The notes under the pieces were generated by a model. It made no database searches, was not told the DNA's origin, and saw only the letters and a list, made by a program, of their open reading frames with translations. A program made the position numbers and the translations under genes. Positions 20,201-29,904 of a DNA stretch of 64,000 bases are shown here, in pieces. Source of the DNA: an uncultured candidate division Zixibacteria bacterium (lineage in GTDB: Bacteria > Zixibacteria > MSB-5A5 > GN15 > FEB-12); assembly GCA_963806185.1 (NCBI GenBank), contig CAWDXE010000001.1, positions 128,001 to 192,000 of the forward strand. Reading direction: 5' to 3'. The first letter of the stretch is position 1, and each line of letters begins with the position of its first letter.

Positions 20201-20676
20201 AACGCGCCGAACTCCAGCGCCTCGCCGGCGAACAGGGAGCCATTCGTCAATCCATGCAGGAGCTCGAGGCACAGTTCGGAGATTCGCGCCAGGTCCTCGG
20301 ACGACTGAGCGACATCGCGAGTGAGATGAAGAAAGTTGAAGAAGATATGGCCAAGGGTGACGTCGGCCCGGAGACCACCGAGCGCCAGCTAAAAATCTAT
20401 TCGCGCATGCTCGAAGCCAGCCGTACGCTTCAGCGCAAAGATTTCACTGAACAGCGCAAAGCCACAACCGCCACCGAGCAGCAGGTGTACGCTCCGCCGA
20501 CCATCCCGCAGGAACTGCTCAACGACAAGCTTCATTTCGAGGATCGTCTGCGGCAATTCCTCGGCAAAGACCTGCCCCCGCAGTACGAGGAACAGATCAG
20601 GGCCTATTTCCGCATTCTACTGAATGGCGAAACTGCCCCAACCCCGACCAGCGGAACCGTGGCCCCTCAGCAATGA
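17231..20676 (+). CDS. Large membrane-anchored Q/E/K-rich coiled-coil protein (DUF4175-like); frameshift near 17322
   Basis: MTRNDTSTQLIERLRSVL from ATG 17231 stops at about 17326 and continues in the ORF 17212..20676 frame; TM helices, DDYG motif, C-terminal PPQYEEQIRAYF. Confidence 0.8.
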
Positions 20677-22520
20677 AAACCATGCGCATCTCTTCCGGGC
20701 TCATAATCATCGTCGCGACCTTCGCCGCCTTCATGCCCGCCCTGGCTCAATCCAACCAGCCGGTGCAAGTGGAAAAACCGGTGACAGTGCAGCCGGCCGA
20801 CGGCGATGAACGGCTCAATACGGCCCGAACGCTCATGCGCCAGACCCAATGGCAGGCGGCCTCCGCCCTTCTCGAAGAACTATACCAGCAGGATCCGGAC
20901 AATAATCTCGTCCAGAATCTTCTCAAACAGTGCTACGATCAATTGAAGTATTACGGCAAATCCGAAATCCTGACCCGCCGTCTCATCGAAAAGAACTCAC
21001 AGAACTACTACCTCTTCATTGATCTGGCCGAATTGCTCGTCAAACAGGGTCAATCTGATTCCGCCCTCACCGTGTATCGCTACGCCTTCAAAATCCTCAG
21101 CGACATGAATCCGGAACTGGCCAACAGCGTCATCTTGTCGCTTATGGACAACGGGCTCGATCAGCCGGCCCTGAAAATGATCGATTCCCTGCGCCTGGCT
21201 CGGAATAATCCTACTCTCTTCGCTATCGAGCGCGCCCAATCATTCGAACGTCAACGCCTTTATGCCGATGCCGTCAAAGAGTACCTGCCCCTGCTCGACG
21301 TGGATACCAGCGGCAAGAGCATAGAGGCCGAACGCCGCCTGCTCGCCCTGCTCGATTTCCCTGAATCGGCCGCCCCGGTCGAGAAGGCGTTGCTCGCCCA
21401 GGTCTCATCAATATCCGGACGAAAAGTGCTGGGCCTTCTTTCTGCCCAATACATCAAATCCGGTCGCTATGACGAGGCTTTTACCTTTGCCGTCCGCCAG
21501 GATTCGGTGGAACAATCCAAGGGGCTTGCGCTCCTCCAGTATATGCGGCAATGCCAGGATCGCCACGCTTGGCCTCAGGTCGTGAAAATGGGCAAATACC
21601 TGACCACGGCTTACCCCAACGCCCCGTTCGCGACCGAAGCTGCGTTTCGCTACGGCGACGCGCTGGCCGAAAGCGGGAGCTGGGATGACGCTATCGACGC
21701 CTATCATGAAGTCATCGCGAAATCTCCCATCGACGCCGACAAGTCCGAAGCGCTCTACAAAATCGCCGCGATCTTCGCCGATCGGATGCACAATTGCGAA
21801 GTCGCGCTTGTTTACTACGACTCAGTGCTGGCGGTCCCCACCCGGACGATGAGTTTCATTCAAGCGCAGATGGGCAAGCCGTACTGCTACCTGCAACTGG
21901 GTCGGCTGGACGAAGCTGAAACTGGCTTCTCCGCGCTTATCGGCTCCACGGGCAGTGACGAATCCGAAGAAGAAATCGCCTATAATCTGGCCATGCTCAA
22001 GCTGTACACCGGCCAATACGATTCCGCCGACGTCGCCCTCCGTCGATTGATGGTCAACTATCCGCGCGGGTTTTATGTCAATGACGCCCTGCAATTGGTC
22101 GCTTTGCTGGGCGACGCCAAAGGCCAGACAGATTTGATCGGGGATTTCGCGGCTGCTCTGCTCTATATGGAAAGACAAATGCCCGATTCGGCCCGGGCCC
22201 AACTCCAGCGCCTGGTCGACAATCCGTCCCCCACGCTGGCCGATATCGCTTTGTATCGCCTCGCCGGCCTGCAGCTGACGACGGGCGATTCAACCTCGGC
22301 ACTCGGCTACTTGGATAAACTGACATCCGAACACGCCGATTCGTATTTTGCACCTTGGGGAATGAAAATAAAAGCGGACATCCTGATTCGGCGCCCGGCT
22401 ACTTTCGAACAGGGAAAAACTCTGTACCGCACCCTGCTCGAATCGTTTCCGAACTATCCGTTCATTTCGGACGTCCGCAAAAGACTCCGCCAACTGGAAG
22501 AGGGGTCCCGAATCGGTTAA
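20673..22520 (+). CDS. Exported tetratricopeptide repeat protein
   Basis: Signal peptide; helical TPR repeats; ATGA overlap with the upstream gene. Confidence 0.85.
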   Translation: MKTMRISSGLIIIVATFAAFMPALAQSNQPVQVEKPVTVQPADGDERLNTARTLMRQTQWQAASALLEELYQQDPDNNLVQNLLKQCYDQLKYYGKSEILTRRLIEKNSQNYYLFIDLAELLVKQGQSDSALTVYRYAFKILSDMNPELANSVILSLMDNGLDQPALKMIDSLRLARNNPTLFAIERAQSFERQRLYADAVKEYLPLLDVDTSGKSIEAERRLLALLDFPESAAPVEKALLAQVSSISGRKVLGLLSAQYIKSGRYDEAFTFAVRQDSVEQSKGLALLQYMRQCQDRHAWPQVVKMGKYLTTAYPNAPFATEAAFRYGDALAESGSWDDAIDAYHEVIAKSPIDADKSEALYKIAAIFADRMHNCEVALVYYDSVLAVPTRTMSFIQAQMGKPYCYLQLGRLDEAETGFSALIGSTGSDESEEEIAYNLAMLKLYTGQYDSADVALRRLMVNYPRGFYVNDALQLVALLGDAKGQTDLIGDFAAALLYMERQMPDSARAQLQRLVDNPSPTLADIALYRLAGLQLTTGDSTSALGYLDKLTSEHADSYFAPWGMKIKADILIRRPATFEQGKTLYRTLLESFPNYPFISDVRKRLRQLEEGSRIG

Positions 22521-22765
22521 TATTCCTGCAGTTTCTGGTGGGCCTGCTTCAGAACGTTAACCTGCTGCTCGAGATTGAATATCCGATTCTCGTATGATTC
22601 CAGCTTCCGCTGTCTTTGCTTGGTCGTGGTTCGAACCAACAACCCCAGTGATATAAGTAAAAAGAGAACCGAGTTGAGCTGGCGAAAGATCTCGCCCATG
22701 TTGACAATGGAATCCCAGAATGCCAACAAACCCAGACCAAAGAGTACCGCGCACCATACAAACAT
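22517..22765 (-). CDS. Small two-TM membrane protein with coiled-coil tail
   Basis: SD TAAGGAG 8 nt before the ATG; two hydrophobic helices. Confidence 0.75.
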   Translation of the reverse strand: MFVWCAVLFGLGLLAFWDSIVNMGEIFRQLNSVLFLLISLGLLVRTTTKQRQRKLESYENRIFNLEQQVNVLKQAHQKLQEY

Positions 22766-22883
22766 TGGATCATCTCCTTATCATCCAGCCGGTTTGAGGG
22801 CTGTTTCACTCCAACAAATGGGCTTGCCGGGAACCTAACGATGCTGTTTATTCGCTTGGTCAGAGACCTCCCGGTTTCTGTAT

Positions 22884-22910
22884 ATATCGGAGTTGATAGT
22901 TAATTATTTA
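22884..22910 (-). promoter_or_regulatory. Sigma-28-like promoter of the small membrane protein
   Basis: Minus strand TAAA-N15-TCCGATAT. Confidence 0.5.
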
Positions 22911-22920
22911 GGAGGACTCA

Positions 22921-25701
22921 GTGCCCGCTTTTGGACAATTTCGCAATACCTCCATCGATAGATGGCACATCTTCACCGCCGCCGTCGTCTTTGTCGTCTC
23001 GTTCATCGTCTACCTGATGACCGTCCAACAAACGCTGTCGTTTTGGGATTGCGGCGAATTCCTGGCCTGTTCCAATATCCTGGGCATCCCTCATCCCCCG
23101 GGCACTCCGCTCTTCGTCCTCATCGGCCGGCTCTTCACTTTCTATCCGTTTGTGACCGATCTCTGCCACCGCCTCAACATGATCTCGGTCATCACGTCGA
23201 CCTTCACCGCCCTCTTCAGCTACCTGCTGGGCGCTCGCCTGATTCGGTACATGTTTAACGGCGACGTGAACAGCGGCCTTTCGCGTTTCATCACCTATGT
23301 CGGAGCCGCCGCCGGCGCGTTTTTTGTCGCTTTCGGCTACACCAACTGGGGCAACGCGATCGAAGCGGAAGTGTACGGACTCGCCCTCGCCCTGTCAGTC
23401 CTCATAATTTATCTGGCGGTGCTCTTTTATGAACAGCGCGGTACTCCTCAGGCGGCCGTCTATATGAACCTCGCCATGTACCTCGCCATGCTCGGTATCG
23501 GGGTCCACATGACCGTCTATCTGGTCGTCCCTGCCGCCGCAATTATCTTCATGCTCAACGCCGACGCCACCCGACGCGACTTCATCTACATCTGCAGTTT
23601 CATCATCATGGAACTCCTGCTGATTCTCGCTTTTGCCAACGGCCGCGGCGGCTCCGGCATGTTCTATCTCGTGAGTACCGTACTCGGTTTTGTCCTGCTG
23701 ATCCTTCTCTTTCGTAAAATCAATTGGCCGATCGCCCTGGCCATCGGCATTTTGTCGGTAGTCATGATCGCCTTTTCGGACTTTCTGAAGATTCTCCCCT
23801 TCGGTGTCCTGGCTCTCCTCGTGCTCGGCTATTTCTCTCACAAATACAATCTGCGACTCCAGTGGAAATCCGCGCTGGCCATGGTCATCATTTGCGTCAT
23901 CGGCTTCTCGGTACACCTCTACTTGCCGATTCGCTCGGAGCACAGCCCGCGCATCGATGAAAACCATCCCGCGCGCGATTACCGCACCTTCATCAACTTC
24001 CTCGATCGCAAGCAATACGGCTCAGAATCGATGGTTGATCGCATGTTTCATCGACGCGGTGAACTTTCCAACCAGTTCGGCCGTCACGCCAACATGGGCT
24101 TCTGGTCATACTTCGAATTCCAGTGGTCCCCAGGGTACTGGAGCTTCGTTCCCTTCCTCCTGCTCGGACTATACGGCCTCTACGTCGCCATTCGCAAACG
24201 CCTGGAACTGGGGCTCCCTTTTCTTGTCCTGATCTTACTCGCTTCCGTCGGCCTTATTCTCTACATGAATTTCGCCGACGGCACGCAATACGATCCCCGC
24301 ACCACCGACGCTTATCTCGAAGTGCGCAATCGTGACTACTTCTTCACACCGGCTTTCGTGTTTTTCGGTATCGCCATGGGACTCGGCGTGGCCGGGGTGA
24401 TGCAGACCCTGCGCGAGTACTTCGGCAAGTCGGGCGAGAAGACTCAGAAAGCAGCCGTCTTTGCCGCCGGCATTCTTGTGTTCCTCCCCTGCGTCTCGCT
24501 CGGCCACAATTGGTATTTCAACGACCGGTCCAACAACAAGCTCCCCTACCTGTACGCGAAGAATCTGCTCGACACTTGCGAGCCAAACGCGATTCTCTTC
24601 ACCTCCGGCGACAACGACACCTTCCCCGTCTGGTGCGTGCAGGAAGTCTACAACTATCGTAAGGACGTTCGCGTTGTCAATCTATCCCTGCTCAACACCG
24701 ACTGGTACGTCCTCCAGATGAAAGAGCAGTACAACGTCCCCATCTCGCTCACCCCGGAACAGATTCTCTGGGTTCCCCTGGGCGAAAACGAAGAGGATGG
24801 CGTCCGTCCCGTCAAACCCTTCGATGATCGCCCGCGCCGACGGTCAGCGTATCTGATCCCCAACGGCTGGAATGGCAAGTTGTGCAAAGTCCAGGATATG
24901 ATGGTTGACGAAATCGTGATCGAAAACGCCGCCGCCGGCTGGCGCGACCCGATCTATTTCAGCGCTCCGCCTTACGGCGATTCGCCGCTCAAATTGCGCG
25001 AGCGCGCGCAGATGGTCGGCATGGCCTATAAGCTCGAGAAGGATATCGTCGCCAAACCGGTGAACACCAGCCGCGGGTACGATCTGTTCATGAACACCTA
25101 CAGCCTCGAAGGACTGCAAAATCCGGGTGTCTATCGCGATGATAACGCCACCGGCGTCTTTCAGGGTATCGGCGTCGCTTCCACGCGAGTGGCCGAGGAA
25201 CTGCTCGGCGAAAATCTCCCCGCCGCCACCGATTCGGGGCTGGCGATTCTGAATCACATGGTCAAGGTCTATCCCGAGTACTGGCAGAGCTACCTGGTCC
25301 TCGCCGAGCACTATGAAAAGCTCGGTGACACCACCAGAGCCGATTCGGTCCAGCAACTCCTGCATTCGACCCTCGCCGCCTTCCGGCAAAAAGATCCGAC
25401 CAACCTCATCTGGATGCAGGATTTTGGCCTCGCCAAGCTGGATATCAGCCGGCGCACCAAGAATGCGGCTATGGCTGACGACGCCATCGCGCTGCTCTGG
25501 GAGTCGTTTAACGCCAATCCCAATAACTCTATTTCGTTCCGCAAGCTGATTTCCGGCCTCTCTCAGGTGGGACGAAACAGCGAGTTGGTGCGCGCCGCAC
25601 AAATGCACGCTCAGTATAAGATCAACGCCAACGATCCGTATCTGAACAGCATCCTCGGTCGCCAGCCGACGGGACCGCAAGCCAATCCTGACGACCTGTA
25701 A
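22921..25701 (+). CDS. DUF2723 (TMEM260-like) GT-C membrane glycosyltransferase with helical C-terminus
   Basis: SFWDCGEF, GIPHPPGTPLF, EAEVY, EVRNRDYFF, GDNDTFP, VRVVNLSLLNTDWY; many TM helices; SD AGGAGG. Confidence 0.88.
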   Translation: MPAFGQFRNTSIDRWHIFTAAVVFVVSFIVYLMTVQQTLSFWDCGEFLACSNILGIPHPPGTPLFVLIGRLFTFYPFVTDLCHRLNMISVITSTFTALFSYLLGARLIRYMFNGDVNSGLSRFITYVGAAAGAFFVAFGYTNWGNAIEAEVYGLALALSVLIIYLAVLFYEQRGTPQAAVYMNLAMYLAMLGIGVHMTVYLVVPAAAIIFMLNADATRRDFIYICSFIIMELLLILAFANGRGGSGMFYLVSTVLGFVLLILLFRKINWPIALAIGILSVVMIAFSDFLKILPFGVLALLVLGYFSHKYNLRLQWKSALAMVIICVIGFSVHLYLPIRSEHSPRIDENHPARDYRTFINFLDRKQYGSESMVDRMFHRRGELSNQFGRHANMGFWSYFEFQWSPGYWSFVPFLLLGLYGLYVAIRKRLELGLPFLVLILLASVGLILYMNFADGTQYDPRTTDAYLEVRNRDYFFTPAFVFFGIAMGLGVAGVMQTLREYFGKSGEKTQKAAVFAAGILVFLPCVSLGHNWYFNDRSNNKLPYLYAKNLLDTCEPNAILFTSGDNDTFPVWCVQEVYNYRKDVRVVNLSLLNTDWYVLQMKEQYNVPISLTPEQILWVPLGENEEDGVRPVKPFDDRPRRRSAYLIPNGWNGKLCKVQDMMVDEIVIENAAAGWRDPIYFSAPPYGDSPLKLRERAQMVGMAYKLEKDIVAKPVNTSRGYDLFMNTYSLEGLQNPGVYRDDNATGVFQGIGVASTRVAEELLGENLPAATDSGLAILNHMVKVYPEYWQSYLVLAEHYEKLGDTTRADSVQQLLHSTLAAFRQKDPTNLIWMQDFGLAKLDISRRTKNAAMADDAIALLWESFNANPNNSISFRKLISGLSQVGRNSELVRAAQMHAQYKINANDPYLNSILGRQPTGPQANPDDL

Positions 25702-25720
25702 CCGGGCCGCCAAATGAAAC

Positions 25721-25760
25721 AAAGGCTCGGTGACTTTCCGGTCACCGAGCCTCTTATTTT
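25721..25760. terminator. Bidirectional terminator between convergent genes
   Basis: 12-bp stem AGGCTCGGTGAC/GTCACCGAGCCT. Confidence 0.75.
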
Positions 25761-25778
25761 CCAGCGCAGGATCTAATG

Positions 25779-26282
25779 TCACCCGTGAAGGCGATACCCC
25801 TGACGACGACGGTAGGAACCGTCGACCATATCCATCATCTTCTCCTCCACAAAATCGCTGCGCACCGCTTCGAAATCCGCGTTGAACCGACCAATAATCC
25901 GGTCGACCTCCTGCTGCGAATACGACCGGTTTGGCTCAAACTGCGCCAGGATGTACTCAAGCAGATACTTCCGCTTGGTCCGCGCTGCCGGTCGAAGCGC
26001 GTGCAGCTCTTCGCCGTCCCCCGGAACAGCGGCCTCGATCGCCCGCGGCCCGCCCAACAGCGTCAACCGCGTCAACCCGCCGTTCCGTTTATTGGAATTG
26101 CGCTCCAGCCAATCGACTACCGACTGCTCCGGAATGCGCCACTCCTTCCCGATCTTGTACGCGGCGATTTCACCCGCCTGTACTTTGCGCGTAATAACCT
26201 GAACGTTCATTTTGAGCTTTTCCGCCAATTCCGAGGTGGTAAAAAACTCCGTTTGACGAATCGTTGTATCGTGTCCTTCCAT
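25779..26282 (-). CDS. Excisionase-like HTH fused to a DUF2087-like domain
   Basis: FFTTSELAEKLKM...GEIAAYKIGKEWRIP; C-terminal KRKYLLEYILAQFEPNRSYSQQEVD...DFEAVR. Confidence 0.8.
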   Translation of the reverse strand: MEGHDTTIRQTEFFTTSELAEKLKMNVQVITRKVQAGEIAAYKIGKEWRIPEQSVVDWLERNSNKRNGGLTRLTLLGGPRAIEAAVPGDGEELHALRPAARTKRKYLLEYILAQFEPNRSYSQQEVDRIIGRFNADFEAVRSDFVEEKMMDMVDGSYRRRQGYRLHG

Positions 26283-26439
26283 GGATCAGCCTCAAATAAG
26301 CAGTGATGCTAAAACAGTAAGGCGAAGGTATAGCGTACTGTTGAGGAGAATCAACTATTTGTTATGCGCTTGTCATATTTTTCTGTATCCGGCGACTCAA
26401 TGTTGACAGCTTGTATGGCACACTACTTATTGCCGCCCT

Positions 26440-27294
26440 ATGACTGCCCTCCTCTACGTCCTCCTCTGTCTCATCTGGGGTTCAACCTGGCTCGCCATCA
26501 AGATCGGCCTCGAAGCCGCCCCGCCGCTCTGGACAGCCAGCCTCCGTTTTGCCCTCTCCGTGGCGGTTCTTGCGGTCATCGTGGCGGTTCGACACAGCAA
26601 GTACCCGGCCACCTGGCGTGAACGACTCCGCCTGGGCTACCCTGGACTTTTCATGTACGGCGGCTCGTACGCGCTTGTCTACTTCGCCGAACAGCGCATC
26701 AATTCCGCGCTCGCCGCCGTCCTGTTCGGCTCCTTTCCCTTCTTCGTCGCCATTCTGTCGCTTGTTTACCTCAAACACGAGCGAATGTCCTGGCGCGCCT
26801 GGCTGGGTATGGTGATCGGCTTCGCCGGAGTCGTGGTCATTTCTCTCGATTCCATGCAGACCTCGGACGATATGTTCCTCGGCTCGTTGCTATTGCTCTG
26901 CGGCGTCACGTTTTCAGCATACGGCCTGGTCATACACAAGCGCCATCACGCGCAGAAGGATGTCTTTGTTTCGGCCACCGTTCAGATGACCCTCGGGGGA
27001 ACGGCGCTTCTGACCGCGGCCTTTCTCTTTGAAGACTTCTCATCCTTCACTCTGTCCCGCGAGGCGATTGGCTCGATCCTGTTTCTCTCGCTCTTCGGGA
27101 CTGTCTTCGCCTTCAGTGCCTACTATTACCTTCTGCAGCGAATGTCGGCCTTTGCCACGTCGCTCATCGCGCTGGTGACACCTCTCGTGGCTATTGTGCT
27201 CGGCCTCTATTTCGCGGGTGAGTCGTTGACCATCCCTATCTACGCCGGGGCCGGCCTGATTTTGACCGGCGTGGCGCTCGGAAATACCAAATAA
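26440..27294 (+). CDS. EamA/DMT family transporter
   Basis: CLIWGSTWLAIK, ASLRF, about 10 TM helices, duplicated EamA domain. Confidence 0.92.
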   Translation: MTALLYVLLCLIWGSTWLAIKIGLEAAPPLWTASLRFALSVAVLAVIVAVRHSKYPATWRERLRLGYPGLFMYGGSYALVYFAEQRINSALAAVLFGSFPFFVAILSLVYLKHERMSWRAWLGMVIGFAGVVVISLDSMQTSDDMFLGSLLLLCGVTFSAYGLVIHKRHHAQKDVFVSATVQMTLGGTALLTAAFLFEDFSSFTLSREAIGSILFLSLFGTVFAFSAYYYLLQRMSAFATSLIALVTPLVAIVLGLYFAGESLTIPIYAGAGLILTGVALGNTK

Positions 27295-27316
27295 AAAGCG
27301 CCCCGCCGGGGGCGCT
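27293..27316 (-). terminator. Intrinsic terminator after pilin 1
   Basis: AGCGCCCC/GGGGCGCT hairpin with a T-tract on the minus strand. Confidence 0.7.
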
Positions 27317-27339
27317 CACATACATCCCTGATTGAAAAA

Positions 27340-27758
27340 TCAAACCGCGGCGTCGTTGATCGTGTTGATGAGATTTCCTGCTTCGTTGATCGTCCAGGTA
27401 TCGAGGGTCGCGTCTTCGTCCAGATTGGCCGTCGCCGTCGCCGTGAAAGCGCATTGGCATTACCGGCAATGCTGTAGGTGTAACGAGCGCCGCTCTGAAG
27501 CTTCAACACCCAGCTGTGGCAGGAATTGGGTGCCGTTACCGTCGCGCCCAGATCGCCGTAAACCTGGTTGGCTTGAAAGTAACTATGCTCCATCGTGTAA
27601 ATTTGCTTCAGCAGTTGTTTGGCTTCTGACTGCTTGGACCGCGACGTTGCGCTCCAGAACCGCGGTATGGCCAGTGCAGCCAGAATACCTATGATGACTA
27701 CCACAATCATCAATTCTATGAGCGTAAATCCCCTTTGATTGAGTGTACGGTTGGACAT
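27340..27758 (-). CDS. pilA: Type IVa pilin, copy 1 (indels in the 3' half)
   Basis: MSNRTLNQRG|FTLIELMIVVVIIGILAALAIPRF; C-terminus FTATATANLDEDATLDTWTINEAGNLINTINDAAV* in a shifted frame; SD GAGGAGG. Confidence 0.85.
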
Positions 27759-27825
27759 CGTGACCTCCTCTATGACGCTGGAAGAACTGATTGACGTACT
27801 GCTCAACTCCGTCGGAGTATTCAAT

Positions 27826-27841
27826 CGCAATCCTGATGCCA
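27826..27841 (-). promoter_or_regulatory. Sigma-54 promoter of pilin 1
   Basis: Minus strand TGGCAT-CAGGA-TTGCG (-24/-12). Confidence 0.75.
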
Positions 27842-28061
27842 TATCGGTGCGAAGATGCATCGGGACACCCACTTTCAAGCCGTTTGTTCTCAGGGGGTTA
27901 TGGAATATCCGATGCCGTTCGTCAGCTTTCAACCCCGCCAATCAATAATGCCGCAGGCAGAATCGCCGCATTTTGCCTCGGCTCGTCTCGATTTGCAATA
28001 GAGTCCTGACCGCATCTTCGATCAATCGTCGCGCTTCATTCCCAGACAAGGAATTGAAGAC

Positions 28062-28090
28062 AAAAAAAAGCGCCCAAGGAAGGGCGCTTT
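28062..28090 (-). terminator. Intrinsic terminator after pilin 2
   Basis: AAAGCGCCC/GGGCGCTTT hairpin with a T8 tract on the minus strand. Confidence 0.8.
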
Positions 28091-28113
28091 GTATCACATG
28101 ATGTTTCGCTACA

Positions 28114-28531
28114 TCAAGCAGTGGCATCGTTGATCGTGCAGATCAGAGCACCGGCCTCATTGATGGTCCAGGTGTCGACCGTTGCGTCGTCGTCAAGGTT
28201 CGCAGTAGCCGTCGCGGTAAACGTATTCGCGTTGCCGGCAATGGCTATACGAATAGCGGGCGCCAGTCGAGATCTCGACGCCGATCAGCGGGAAGGACCC
28301 GGAGCCGACCAACGGTCACACCAAGATCACCATAAGTGTCTTGGCCTGCTTGTAGCTGTGTTCCATGGTATAGATCTGCTTCAAAAGCTGCTTCGCTTCC
28401 GACTGCTTCGAACGAGTCGACGCGGTCATGAAACGCGGAATGGCCAAAGAAGCCAGAATACCAATGATGACCACAACGATCATCAACTCGATAAGGGTGA
28501 AGCCCTTGCGGTTGTGCATACGATTGAACAT
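28114..28531 (-). CDS. pilA: Type IVa pilin, copy 2 (indels in the 3' half)
   Basis: MFNRMHNRKG|FTLIELMIVVVIIGILASLAIPRF; C-terminus FTATATANLDDDATVDTWTINEAGALICTINDATA* in a shifted frame; SD GAGGAGG. Confidence 0.85.
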
Positions 28532-28600
28532 GAGAGACCTCCTCTACGCGTTACCTGTTAGGTTCTAGTTTTCGTTTTCAGTTCCGTCCGGCTAGGTAAT

Positions 28601-28616
28601 CGCAAGCCCAATGCCA
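28601..28616 (-). promoter_or_regulatory. Sigma-54 promoter of pilin 2
   Basis: Minus strand TGGCAT-TGGGC-TTGCG (-24/-12). Confidence 0.75.
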
Positions 28617-28860
28617 ACCCGGTACGCAGGTTTCGAACAGCCCACGCCGCAGCCTAAATCGCTGTGAAACAACAGGTTAGAGAGCTCCATGAAAATCCCC
28701 GCGCCCGGCGCCCACCCAACCGGGAAATATTTGCTCCCCCGAATTTTCAGGGCGATTTGCCCGCACTCTTGCATTTTGCAATATGCAATCTCCCCTGCCC
28801 CGCTCCGCCGGACATTTATCCTTTTGACCGATTACCCCCCGTGCTATATTCGCGACGCTT

Positions 28861-29887
28861 ATGTCAACTCACCACCAGCCTAAACTCGATTTTGCCGCCG
28901 GGCTCGATTTCAGCCAGATTCTCACCAACCCGATTCTGGATATCGCTGCCCGGGTCTGGGCCGATGATCGCTATCTGGCGTTCCAGACCTTCTATCGTTC
29001 CATGCGCCGAATCGACGATCTGGTCGACCACCGCAAGGCCGGCGGCCAGCCCCTTTCCCCGGTCGAGGCCGATCAATTTGAACGGGTCGTAGTCGGCTGG
29101 CTCGATTCAGTTGAGCGACATCAGGCCGAAGACCTGTTCCAGAAAGAGTTCCTCACGACTCTGGAGCAATTCGCCGTCCCCGTTTGGCCCTGGCAACGAC
29201 TCTGCACGGCGATGATCTACGACCTCCGTCATAACGGCTTCACCACCTTCCATCGGTTCCTGCGCTACGCCGAGGGTGCCTCGATCGCCCCGGCCGCCGT
29301 CTTTATGCACTTGTGTGGTTTGCGGCAGAACCGCTGATGGCGCCAAACCGCCAACTTTTGACATCAGGGCGGCCGCTCGACCGCTGGCCATATTCTCTTA
29401 TCTGGTACATATCCTGCGGGATTGGCGGAAGGACCACCGCCAACGGCTTAATTATTTCAGCGACGACATCCTGGACGCCTGCCACATTACTGTCGACGAA
29501 ATCCGGACAATCGCGGATACGGGCGCCGTCACGCCCGAGTTTCGGCCAGCTTGTCTCCGGCTATCGTGCACCTTGGCCGAACAGTATCGCCAGACGGGCG
29601 CGCGCTACGCTCGACCTCACCCTACCTCTCGTCGAGCCTCGGTATCAGCTCAGCCTGGAACTCATCTACCAACTCTATCTGCAGATTTTGAAGGAATTGC
29701 ACCCGACAGCGCTTCCCTGGCCGGCGAGAACCTCGGTCCTTCGCCGGAGGACGTGCAAGGCCGTATCAGCCAAACGATTGCCCAGTTCCGGTCCTTTCGA
29801 GAGTCCCACGGGAAGAAAATGAAGCGGCCGGGGTACTTTGACGTGAGAGACATAAGCGAGATCAGTACAAGTTATGTGTATAAATGA
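28861..29887 (+). CDS. Squalene/phytoene synthase family protein (several frameshifts; 3' end uncertain)
   Basis: YRSMRRIDDLVD and LVHILRDWRKD motifs spread over ORFs 28861, 29276 and 29313. Confidence 0.75.
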
Positions 29888-29904
29888 GAAAGGCTGTACT
29901 ACCT

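Noticed and set aside
25779..26282. Prophage or ICE excisionase
   Set aside because: No integrase, att site or phage genes; the HTH is fused to a DUF2087-like domain
27340..28531. Silent pilS-type antigenic-variation cassettes
   Set aside because: Both copies keep leader, SD, sigma-54 promoter and terminator; indels match the local error cluster
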